A stretch of 64,000 nucleotides of DNA. It comes from Lingula anatina. Its lineage: Eukaryota; Animalia; Brachiopoda. A model generated the notes under the pieces. That model was given only the letters and a program-made list of their open reading frames with translations. It was not told the origin of the DNA and searched no databases. The stretch lies in assembly GCA_051362555.1 (NCBI GenBank), contig CM120642.1:29202001-29266000 (forward strand), given 5' to 3'. This document shows positions 17,703-30,190 of this stretch, piece after piece (position 1 is the first letter of the stretch; each line of letters opens with the position of its first letter). Position numbers and translations under genes: made by a program.

Positions 17703-19091
17703 TATGAGACCAAGTACAACTCACCAGTGTATTAGTAGCAGGACTATCAGTTCAGAATAACATGCTTTCTTGTATGGTGACATAGTTGCAATGATAAACT
17801 ATCTAACAACTTCAGTAAAATACAAATAATATCAGTATTTGTAATCATGATATTGATATAAATTAAAATAATATCTTGATAAGCTACATATTATTAATCA
17901 AATAGAATTACATGATGTGTAATTTTGCTATGACACCTTCGCTTAACGCAGCAATCCCACTGTAGTTGAGTTCAAGGCAATAACTCGGCCTTGCAAATAT
18001 TACATTGCCATTACAATGGGTTCAAGTTATCAGGGGGGGGGTGCAATCACCATCGCAAATAGCGATCGATCACAATGTTTGAGTACAGTCAGAATTTGTG
18101 ATACTTTAGAGTTATCTAGCCCAGGACAAATAACTGTTAGTATAATGGTAGGGTGGTGAAATTTGGTACATACACACTTATGCACACTTATGACATTTGT
18201 GAAGAACCAGTCAGTTTAGTCATTATACACTTATTTTTTTGTCCAATGCAATATCTGTTTTTACTCCCCAATCTTCATATATCCTGAAATGTAAAAATTT
18301 ATCATGATGAAAGGGGCAAAATTATTATTGGAAATGTTCCCTCTGTGTACTCAGAACTCAAATGCTACGTACTTTAATTTACAATGACATTTCAGAAGAT
18401 GTGCTTTATTTCATGACCAAAAAAGAAAAAAGAAAAAAACAGGAAACTGTTATTGAAACCATGGAATAGATATATTTAAAGCATTATAAGCCTTTTTTTT
18501 AAAAGGTCGCACTATTTTGTCCATCAAGTTTTTTTTTTTATTTTCCATATTTTTAGTTGTTTCCGTTCTAATAAGAATTGCATCTCTCTTGTTGCAGACA
18601 TGGGAATTCTTGTGTGTTTTTCCAAGAATGACTTTTATGTACCAAGAACAATATCATGTCTTGCCATTTTACACACGCAAAGACATGTGCCTGCATTGGA
18701 AAAGATGTACCACAATCCATTACAGTATAATTGGTCCCATCAGTATGACGCACATGCCTAGAACCATGCATGGGTACATGCACACTTATGACATTAATTA
18801 CGTAGCGGGCCAGACATAATTGTAATAGAAAAGAGAGAAAGACAGAGGCTGATGAAGAAAATCACGATAACTTTAATGTCGGAGTCAAATGATGATTTTT
18901 CTCTCAAACTCTGTGATAAAGCCATGAAAAGTTATAGCTAGTGTCTTTAATTTTAATTTTTTTTAATCCAGTACAAATTATCTTAAACATCTGGAAAAAA
19001 CATTGGATATGCCACCCTGCAAGTCACTTATAGGGATTGAGAGATGGAGGGAAGCACTATGTAAACGTGTAATGAGCACCTTGATTGTAAG

Positions 19092-19154
<63 letters not shown>
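19092..19154. repeat. (GT)n(GA)n compound microsatellite
   Basis: Direct reading. Confidence 0.95.
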
Positions 19155-19155
<1 letters not shown>

Positions 19156-22100
19156 ATGAGCACATTACTTGAATACACTTTCAAGTAATTATTTAAGAAA
19201 TCAGAGTCCAAGAAGATAGGTGACTGTGAGACACCCAAAACTTACACTGAAGTTAAAGATCACATCCTCTGCCTGACTATGACGGCCAAAGTCATTCTCT
19301 AAAAAGAAATGATGTATAAATGTTCTCTGTGATAATGCATTACCTTGCCATGATAATCCATTAGGGATGTATGCATGGACTCATTATCCTTAAGGATCAA
19401 TACTTTCCATTTCCCAGGCAGTGTCAGGTGTAGGAGCCTGCAGAGACAAATGGGAGGGGATTATACTTGACGTTGATAATCTCACTGCCAACCATCAGCG
19501 AGATTACTCTATCAGAGAGCAAGAGCGGTGCTGAGAGAGAGCGGTGTGATGCATTCTTGGTAATGGGAATCAGTGGTGGATTACCTGCAGCAGAAACCTC
19601 AGGAAAAATTCTTCTCCAAACCGCGGTACATGCTGTGCACCAGGTAGGTCCGGGGTAAAGTAGATGTCTGGACGTTGACGGTGACAGTTGATGGGGAATA
19701 TAAAAGTTATGAATATAGATGTGATAGTAATTGATCACAGGAAAAGTGCTTGTGTGGGAGTAAGTGGTGGAGTTTAATAGAATATAGTTGTCACTTTGCA
19801 TTTTTATTTTTATTTCTTTTTTTGATATTTTTTATAAAATGTTTATAGAAAATTGAACAGATTCAGAATGGACACATCAATCTGTACATTTTGAAAACCA
19901 TAATTGCAACATTTAATTTATACTCATTTTAAAATGAAAAAAGAATTGTTCTCTACTCATCTGACTGTAGAAAGTACCCTGAAACCTTGGTTACTATTTC
20001 ACCAATATATTTTGATAATACAGCCATTTTACGGTGCCAGCTGCAAAACCACCATTTCTTTTTGTCTACGGCAACCTGTATGCTCATGCATAGCTCATAG
20101 TGTTGACCAAAGCGAAGCCCCGTTTTTATTACTTCCCACATTACCATTTTCTAAGTGATAATAGCATTGGAATCGAGCCCATGGATGTTGTCAATTAATC
20201 ATGGTTTAATACCAGAGAAGAAAATAGATTATTATACAAGACTCTCAGGGGAAAACTGACCATCCGTGCTAAACAGGTTAATGGGACTTTTCAATGCTGA
20301 CAGTTTTATAGAAATAAAAATATCCTTTTTAGGATGATTGTAACAAGTAAAATACCTTTCCACAAAATTCATAGTGTCTTCCTGAAGACCTTAATTGAAA
20401 TATCTCTTCACTTCTTGTTAAAAGAGAAATGAAATTCAATGCGCTCATATTGGCATAGTAATATATATTTACAAATATTAATGCTGTTCTCTCAGCTGCA
20501 TATGTAACTCTGTGTTTGCTCCTTTGTATAGAACCATGTAATATGTTAATAACATATTTATGACTTATATTCAATATGGTATTATCCCATGGGATTTTAT
20601 AGCCTTTGAAACTGTCAGGGTCTTGTAATAACAGGCTTTGATATGTGGTGGCTTTGGTGGTTTTGTGGAGTATTATCTTTGAATATTCTTGTTTTGCAAC
20701 AGAATAGTACTGAGTAAGATGTAATTGGAATGATTAATTTTCTAGCTGTTTCTGTTTCTGATTCAGATTGAAAGTGACAAAAATTAAACATGATGGATGC
20801 AGCACAAATTATTGATTCTTACAAATTGTTGATATCTTTTGCAATTCCCAACAAATTTGAAGTAATGTTTATACCATTGATTATATAGATTTAAACTTTA
20901 AACTGCAGTAAAAGCTTAACTCATGAATAAATTAGTTTTGATTGATCTATCAGTTCTCAAGTAGGAGGTTTTGTGTTAGGATGGAAACATCTGGAAATTG
21001 GAAGATAGAATTACTATGTTCCTTGGGTACTGATCGAGTCCTTGAATTAATTACACTGAAAAATAAATTCATCCAGGTAAAAATCTAAATGAGTAAATAC
21101 AAAGCATCTTTAAAATAAAAATTAAAAATTAAAAAAAACAAAAAAAACAAAAAAGAACAAAAAAAAAAAAAGTGGTTGGCATATATATTTTAAATCTACC
21201 ATGAAAATTAATAATTGACATGCACTCTGCACTGGTTGTTGCTTTCTTACTTAAGTAAGGGTTTCCTTTGACTGTGCTCTGCTGATATAAGTTTGTTAAA
21301 AATAAGTTTCAAAATAAAATTTTATAATTTAAGATATTGAACTTTCATTTTTAATCCTAGAAGAAATGTCGATCAGTATTGCATTTAGCAAAATTCTAAG
21401 AATTTAAAGCTGTGATACAACTTAATTAAAATTAATACAATTTAAAGCTGTAAAAAAAAAAAAAGAAATTGATTTTGTCTTTTATTCACACATTTTTGGA
21501 AAAGCAAATTTCAACCAGGAAAAAAAAAAACTTTATGCAAATTTATCTATTCTGTGAACCACTGTTTTTCCCTTTAAAAAGAAGTGTCATGTACTAGAAA
21601 GGATTTCCTTTGTTCACGCGCAGATTTCCTGGTAAACATAATACCGGAAACTCATGAGACCTAAGGCCTGTTTCCATTAATCATAGGTCTTTCTAACTTG
21701 GTGCAAAATGTAATGATGACAATTGTTATCAAAGAGAAGACAATCAATGAAAATATTTTGCTATTCAAGCTCCCCAAAGGCACTGTAAATAAAGTTTTAG
21801 CAAGGTTGGTTTTCTGGTTAGAGATTATGATCAGCTAGACACCTTGCAGAGGTAGTGTGCACTAAGTTAGATCATTTCACCCCCAGTGGAAACAAACCTT
21901 TCCAGGCACCAGGAGTGACAGTTGAGGTAGCTTTAGTTCAGACTGGTATCGTGTGGTGGTCATGTTAGTGTAGTGTCTGAAAGAGAAGAAAGAATCCACC
22001 TCAAATGCATTCTACGATGCCATTGCCCAGGATATAAAATTAGTATATATCTATATATAAGCATGTAAATTGGATACGTTGAATGGTAGCGGTACACAAT

Positions 22101-24145
22101 GAGCACAGTGTTAAGGTAGCCTATCGACTTATGCATCAAAATTACTAATGATTTCATAACATTGACATGTAGTGCATTATTTATTAAAAAGAGCAATTGG
22201 ACTTCTAATTTCTGCTGCAGCTCTAATTGGTCATGTTATCAACATGATAAATGAAAGCATGTTATAGGAAAGCCTATTCTTCAGAATCCTTCCTGACATT
22301 TTTGGTTTTTTTCTTCAGGGATATTGTTTATTAAAAGTAAGGTCAAAATTACGCATGAGTAATTTTTCCCATTTATATTTTGCTGTCTATAATTTTTCCC
22401 ACTGTCACATGTACATGCAGAAGTACAAATTTATGTCATCTCTTATAATATAGTGCATCTCTTATACCATTATGAGGGATCATGTTATTGTCTCAAGCGC
22501 TTTTCTCATTCAGTGGCACACTTTTGCTTCACATCATTTTCACATGTATTAAGTTACACTACAGGTTTTTTTCTCCCTTTACTCCCATTTTGACAAATTG
22601 AAATGAGAAAAGTTACACTGACAGTGTCATGTGGGCGGGCTCAGTTTAGATTACTGTCTTACATAATGGCAAGGTTATTAATCTGTCCAAAATGGTGCCA
22701 ATATAGAAAAGTGCATCTACCTCAGTATTTCTCAAGTATGGTTAAAAAAAAAATGTGCCAGACTATATATTCTGAGAGCAAGCATCAACGTTTTCTCCAG
22801 AATTTCCGGGAATTTTTGCCAGACCATGTGTTTGAATAAAGATATGCCATTAAGGTGAAACATTCCTTTTAGCAGCATTATTTCTTGCTACTTTGAAGCC
22901 AATTTTAGTTGAAAATTCCAAGAATATGCATAAGTGCTATTTTATGCATTAAAATGTAACAATTGAATGAAGGAAAATGCTAAGCAGTGAAATGGACAAA
23001 GAAATGTATACTGAATGTAGTTTTAAATAGCAAAATTGTGTCAACAACCTTTTAGTGTTGGCAACATATTAATTTGTGGCATGAATTTGATGAAAGCAAA
23101 TGTATTGCACCAAAGCCTGTCAATAAACAATATTGATTTAGTGTTTTCAACTATACTGGCTGTCAGAAAAAAAGGGTCCAAAGAAAATTGTTTCATGTAT
23201 CATGTGTGTATGTGTGTGATTATGATTGTGTTAGTGTAGTGTGTTCATCTCTTTCCGTTTGTGTTAATGTATGTTTGTTTATCTATAAAATGCGCCCATT
23301 CTCATTTTCTGGCACATTTGCCCTCGCACGTGTGGTGCATACTGACTTGATTGGTTTGATTTTTGTTATATACTGTATGTTATTTAAGAGTTAAGTTTCA
23401 TTTTGTTATAAAGATAAGTATAATTTAGTTCTCTAGCTCATGATATTTAATCTCAAATGCTCTTCATTTCTTTTAAGTCTAAGTTCATGTAATTTGTTGT
23501 GTTAGTTTCTTTATATTATCTAGACATGCTCTCATACGTGTGTAGCATACGAACACTTCTGGTGAATAAACAATAAGTTTATTTCAAACTAACGTTCTTC
23601 AATCATTCACAAGTTACAACTGTTACAATTATAATGTTGCTCATTTTGGCACCTCACTTTTCATTAGTGCACAGCAAAAAACCCTGTATTATTTTTTGTA
23701 TGCCCATTTTAGTTTAATATATTCAATTTGGCAAATTTGTCTCTTGGTTATTATATGTACTCACCAGCACTGATTATCATGAAAATACTAAAAAATGTAT
23801 TATATGCCCAAAATAAACACTTTTCTTAAGATTAAAGGAAGTAATTATTAATATCAAAAAAAAAAATAAAAAAATAAAAAAAAAATAAAATAGATAAATA
23901 AAAAATAAATAAATAAATAAAATAATAATAAAATAAAATAATAATAACAATAAGTAAATGAAATAAGTCACCCATGAATGAAATTCAGTTTGGCTGGGAT
24001 CTTTGGTTCATACCTCCATGCACTTCCATCTAAAGAAAGGTATTGCATTCATCAATAATCTTCATCTTAGAAGTATTGGTTCTGCTTGCGAAAAATACTT
24101 GTCAGCAAGATTAGCTGTCAGTAAGATTAAACAGGGAGACATAGA

Positions 24146-24524
24146 GGGCATTCAGAGCAAATTAATCCGTAGACTAAGAGATCCACAGACTGACTATGGA
24201 GGACTCACTTAAAAGCAGTGCTGACTAATCCCCTGATGGCATCCCCACCTCCACACATGCCATCGCTGCTGGGGCCTTGCAATTAAACCTCGGAGCCCAG
24301 TTTTAATCTGTTTAATGACACATGTGGAGGTGGGGAGTAAGGCCTCAACCGGTTGAATTGAGCAGAGATTTAATTACTGTTCCCCCTGCTGGGAGGACGC
24401 GTTGGGAGGCATGTGAGAGGTGGAGAGACCATTACAGGATTAAGCAGTCTTTCTTTCATGTAGGTCCACCATATTTAGGTCGTGGTCTAGCTAGCACTCG
24501 GCTATTCTCATTCTGAATGGCCCC
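24146..24524. mobile_element. MITE family A copy (Harbinger-like ends GGGCATTCAGA...TCTGAATGGCCCC)
   Basis: Terminal inverted repeats; interior homologous to 35401-35673; right arm matches 45383-45510 in inverted orientation. Confidence 0.75.
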
Positions 24525-24539
24525 AAACAGATTTTGCGA

Positions 24540-24670
24540 GGGAGAAGATGAGGCAGGCAAAAAAGAGATGGGAGAAAAACATCACAGATTGGACCGGGTT
24601 GAATTTGAGCAGCATCCTTAGACAAGCATACAACAGATTGTCACAAAATCCTTAAGTGGCGCCAACTCGT
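24540..24670 (+). mobile_element. Decayed 3' end of an RTE-clade LINE ORF
   Basis: Translates, with one stop and one frameshift, to GRR*GRQK/KRWEKNITDWTGLNLSSILRQAYNR, the typical RTE C-terminus. Confidence 0.7.
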
Positions 24671-25322
24671 CAATATTTTAAATAGGGTAGGATGTGGAAT
24701 AAACATTAATTTTTGATTGTTTATCATTGATTTGACTTATTTTAAAGATTTTGAGCTTATTTAAGGAAATTATTTAGTCCAGCAAAAGAAAAAAAATGGG
24801 GTGCCAGTTTAGTCTGACTTATATGTAACTGTTTTTGCCTGATAGGATATTCTTTTATTGGAGAAAAAAGTTAATCTGAATGTATGAGTTGGAACTAATA
24901 GTATCAGGAGTCACAAGGGAGTGATTTGTCAATGTCATTTTTTTTTTCAGTCATTTGAGGCTGTTGAACTTCTATACTGTACATCCAGAGGTCTTAAGAA
25001 TAAAAAGGCAAGATCCAAAACATATTTAGATAAGCCGTGGATAGAATGTGATTAATAATTTAATCAAACTTTCTGTCATTTGATGTGGTTGATAAAATGT
25101 GTAACAGGTACATCAAATATCCAATATTTTAGTTTAGAACTGGTATTGTCCACACTGATGAATTGTTTTTATTGATCATACACTTAGTGTAGATGAAAGT
25201 GCAGCATTCAGGTACATGTAGAGGAGGTCACTGACAGACTTGTCTTAATTGAACAATCATGTTACAGTGGCCACTGTAGATGAATGAACCCAAAATGTTC
25301 AAAATAGGATATTATTATTTGG

Positions 25323-25556
25323 ACTGGGTTCCCATGCTTAGATCGATCCATCTGGATCAGTCTAACTCCCTGGGGAGTCTCACGAAATTGCTATCAACGT
25401 AACCGGCTTAAAGGTCTGTCACGCCTACCAAATCAGTTAGGGTAAAGATAATTACCCCCTAACAGCTTTACTAGGCATGACAGCCGGTTAAGTTGATAGC
25501 AATTTAGTGAGACTCCCCAGGGAGATAGATCAATCCAAATATCTGTGGGAATGGTC
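25323..25556. mobile_element. MITE family B copy
   Basis: ACTGGGTTCCCAT...TGGGAATGGTCA ends shared with the 34361 copy; strong internal fold-back. Confidence 0.75.
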
Positions 25557-26454
25557 AATATGATACCTCTTGTATGTAGCTCTCTCTCTCTGGTCAGTAA
25601 CAATGCCCTTTTCTGAATAGTATGACTGTGTTTTACTTTCATCATTCACTTTGCTTTACCATTCATTATTGAGTACCCTCTTTTCAATCAAAAAAGATAA
25701 ATAAATAAATAAAAGGTCAAAGGAAGTATCCAGGTGTATTTATGAGTTCTCGTGGAAAATAGACTTTATTATTAGAATAATATCTATATCAAAAGGTAAG
25801 CTAGAGTAATTACATTAAACTAGTAATTTAAGCTACTGAGTAGGGGATTCACCCACCAAAATGAATGAGATTTTGTTAAGTATGGGGACACCACAGTTTT
25901 TTCCCCAGAGCATTTGCCAAACATTTCATTTCTTTCACGTGGCCAACTTAGGTTCCAGTGCAGCAAAGCATTCCCTGTAGCTGACTGTTAATCAGTATTG
26001 ATATTTTATATTAATTTATGTATTCCAGCCAAAGATGTCACATGTGCCTATAGCACCCCCGTCAACATAATGTGAAGTAATTGATTATTTCTGTCCATAT
26101 CCACACTCTTGATTTGTTGCGTTTTAATCCCGTCATTGGTTGTTGCAGAAACGTGGGGGAAATTTGCCCGTCATCCGGCTGTTGCTGATCTGACCCGATC
26201 CAGCACTAAAACTGTGGTGGTGATGGTGACGCCATTGTCAAAGAATATGGACACCAGAATTAAGAACAGAAAGGTTGCTGTTTGAGGAGAAATTATCAGG
26301 TAGGGAATTAATGGTTAATATGTGTTATTCCATAGATGGAATAATTTTTCATTCATGCACTAGTAGATAGGTTGACTGCCTTGTATGGATATCACAGGAA
26401 GGTGGTACACACTGTAGAATGTTATCATCCTGTGTACAGTATACTGACGGTGAA

Positions 26455-26457
<3 letters not shown>

Positions 26458-26528
<71 letters not shown>
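26458..26528. repeat. (TA)n microsatellite
   Basis: Direct reading. Confidence 0.97.
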
Positions 26529-26531
<3 letters not shown>

Positions 26532-27249
26532 GTTTACTAGGATCATATATGGGCTCTGGTCCCATATCACAAAGTACATGTTTCTACAGTTGTATAACTA
26601 GGAATCTTAGCCAGTTATGTTGTATTGTGTGGCATGCCCCCTCACAAAGCAACATGAACAACATCATGGATAACATTTACAAAGTTTCCCCTGACTTTAC
26701 CCAGGTACTTTAAGTTGTGAGGGGGTGTGTCAGACAATTAAGCTGATTACATTGACTGCGCCTTATTGCTAGTACAATAACTTCTATTCTGAACACAGCC
26801 ATAGCCAGCTATGTTGTGTTTCAACAAAATCTCCATGCATAGAGAATCATAACCTTTTTGTTTGGTCTTATATACTATAGTTTCTTCTACCTCACCTTGC
26901 CAGTTGTCTCGGTGTAGCAGGCTTTTTAAAGCACACTGATTCAATTTTTTTCTCCAAGAATTTTTTCCCTTAGAAATTTTTTTCTCTACTGTAATTACTA
27001 TCCATTTGGTAAATTTCAGCTGTGGACCAGTTAGAACTGGGATTTTTAATTCATTTTGAATGGGCCTTAATTGTGCTTCAGACTTCTTTAAACCAGGTGT
27101 AACAACAAGTCTTGGTGCCATACTTTCTCAAGTAATTATAGCTTCTAACCACTGGGAGCCAATCTAATCTCTTGTTTAACTAACCAACTGTTGTGGTCTA
27201 ATTAGGCTTCATGCTGTTCCCAGTAGGTTGGATGGTTGGACTGCGTTCC

Positions 27250-27461
27250 CAACCAGTTGATCCTCGGATTAACTAGTCCGCAGATCAAATATGGCAGGCA
27301 CTTGACAATGGATCCTTGCCTCCTACGCTTGCTGTCCCAGCACAGGCAGAGCAATTAAGTAAAGAACAAATAAGTAAATCTTGATAACCTTTCGAGTGGG
27401 TCCCAGCATATTTGATCCTCAGACTAGTTAGTCCTTGGATCAAGTGGTTGCATATGTGGCC
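27250..27461. mobile_element. MITE related to family A
   Basis: 44-bp imperfect inverted arms at 27250-27293 and 27407-27450; ends GTGGCC|TAA; CCAAGGACTAACT motif shared with the 35401 copy. Confidence 0.65.
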
Positions 27462-30015
27462 TAACATTGTATGAGCAGTTACAGTTAGATTATGTGTGCC
27501 TCTAGATTAGAATGCAGTGAAGTTGCCAACCTATTTCAACAGACTTTTTCAATTTCAGGCTTTATTTTTTATCCATACTCTTTACATACTTGCTAAGCCA
27601 GATTTATACTGTAGATGAATGCAGTAGCTCTTAACGATGCCTTCTTTAAAAGCACTTGGACTTTTATCGGATCACAGGACCAGTAGTCATAATCCAGGAT
27701 AAAAAGAGCTGTACTAAGGCTAGACAATGTATTAATGACTCTGAATCATCTTTAATTCATAAGCCTTTCAGGGGTTGCTATTATTTTTCTTTAGCAGTTC
27801 ACTTTATCATTCTAGTCGTGGAGCTAATCAACGTCTTTTTATGTGTTTCTGTGTTTATTTCTACAGTAATTACTCATGTGTTTCAAACATTTCATTTATT
27901 TTGTTTTCAAGACTTCACATTTCAGGTGACTCATATAAATGCACTCTAGGCTCTGAGTGAAACTTGTTTCCTAGAACTTTTGAACAATCTTTTTCATACA
28001 TTTCTAAGAAAACATTATCCTAAAATATGTAATTTCTTTTTTGATTTTAGGAGTAAAAACAGTATCGTGTGATTTCTCTGTGGTTGGTCTACAAGCGCTT
28101 CTACCATGGTGTTGTCGTATATACATGTAATCTTGAGCTAGTGTTCTGTTTCTTTGAATTCCTGTAACCTAAATGCACATCATAAAATTGATTGAATGAC
28201 TTAAAACTTGCTATTTTGATGGATTTCATAATCTTTTACACAACTTAAACTTTATTTCTCTTATTATAACAGATTTATGTGCCTTTGATAACCATATATA
28301 TATATATATACAACAAACTATTCTGCAATCTTTCATTTTTCAATTCTTATCTATTTGTTGCCTTTCTTTAAATTGCTATGGATTTATGATAATTTGATGA
28401 ATTGGACAAAACTGACAATTTCCTTATTTTTATTAGAATTCATGTTTTTTTTTTTTTTTTTGTACAAAACTGAATGTCAGTCTGAAATAATATTTAGTTG
28501 CCTTTCCAGATTATTGGTACTTTAAAATTACCAATGATTTGCCATTAATAGTATTGCACTTTAATGAAGGATTATTGGCTAAATTATTTACATTCTCAGT
28601 AGGAGTTAAAGTTTATTGACATAAACATGATGATATCTGTCAGAGTTAAAAAGTAATAATAGATCACTTTTTACATACAGATCCCTATCCAGTCAATTTT
28701 CAGGAGTTGCAAAGGAGAGTGGCTTGGTGTGAAAAATGGCTGATTTTCAAAATTAAGTCAATAAATGAAATAAATTTTAAGACTATTTAAGAAAGCTAAT
28801 GAATGACTTAACTGAATTCAATTAAAACAAGATTGTTCAAATGTAGTTGATGAAGAAAACCTTGATAATGAAAAATCCCCCTTCCCCCAAAAATAATTGT
28901 GCCAAATCTGTAATTATGAGGAGATTGAAGTAACCGTTATAATTCTAATCCAAGTAAATTGTTCTTCTTAGTTCTTGAAGATAACTTAACATAACCTGTA
29001 AAACCTTTGATGATGGGGATGATAACAGTAGAATTTTGAACATTGTAGTGAATTGCGTTAGTTGTGCTATGAAGATTCAGTGACTGTTGCCCATTGCATT
29101 TGTTGAATTGTGAAGATTGTTGTAGCTGTATGTAATGCAGCAGCTGTTCTAAGTGCCATAGTTTTACAACACATGTTGCAGGGCATTTATGATGTCACTC
29201 TGGCATGATTTTTATTAGTGACAGGATTAATTTTTACTAGAAAAATTAAAAATAGGCCCGTCAATCAAACCTTTGTTAATTTTCTGGGTAGAATAACGTT
29301 ACCAGTGTGTGCATTGTGCTAGTAGTGTTTGTACGTTGCAGCAGTTGTACTTAAGGACTGATAAATGAGGTGACAATAATCTGTAAATCTTTGTAAAAGG
29401 TGGTTCCTTGCCTTGTATACCATGATAAAACAGTAAAACCAGTATTAGGGTGTAGTAGTACATGATGATAATACTGATATGTGACTGAGATTGCCAAGTA
29501 CATTAAACAATGCCAAAATGCATTCCGCCTAAACTTAATTTTTCTCGATGAAAAATTAATTTTCTCCTAGGCATGAATCGCTGATAATCAGAATCCTTAT
29601 GCAGTTCATTGATCTCAGTTTCAGATCAAAACCTCACAATAATAATGATGATATATTTCTTGAGTGGAAAAGACTGAGATGATCAAAGCATGACGAAATT
29701 GGCTTGTTTGATGATCAATTTTGACATGTATTAATACCATGTCCTGCAGTACTTTTAATCTCTTTGAAAGACTGGATTGATTATAGCATATACTACCACT
29801 TGATGAATAAAATAGCAATTTATACTGCATTCACTGCAGTTAACTTCGTAAAGCTTGCTCCTAGGTGATATGTAGCTGGCACTTTTGTCTATGCATGCTT
29901 TCATAGAATTATTGTCCCAATCAGCTATTTGTGATTGAATTTGTCATGTGTGATAGGTGTGTAATAAACCTGCACATTGCTTACCTATTGTTTTTACACC
30001 TTTGTGTATTGGGTA

Positions 30016-30190
30016 ATGTGGTTTGACTTAATTGCACCAAAGGTAGTCTCGAGTCGTGACAAGCTGCGGAAAGTATTGATTTATAAACCTGATGTGATGA
30101 GGAAAACTGTCGACTCTTCCTTGTGTCGTCAATTCTATAGAGATGGACAGTCCCAACCTCTCAGAGGCGCCTTGCATAGTTTTGTTTTGG
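30016..30190 (+). CDS. Candidate alternative first coding exon of the TRPC gene (58 aa, MWFDLIAPK...HSFVL)
   Basis: ATG-initiated open frame, locally CpG-rich, perfect G|gtaagt donor, phase 1 as required by exon 52795. Confidence 0.45.

Noticed and set aside
26372-26713. YI-repeat ORFs
   Set aside because: Translation of a (TA)n microsatellite
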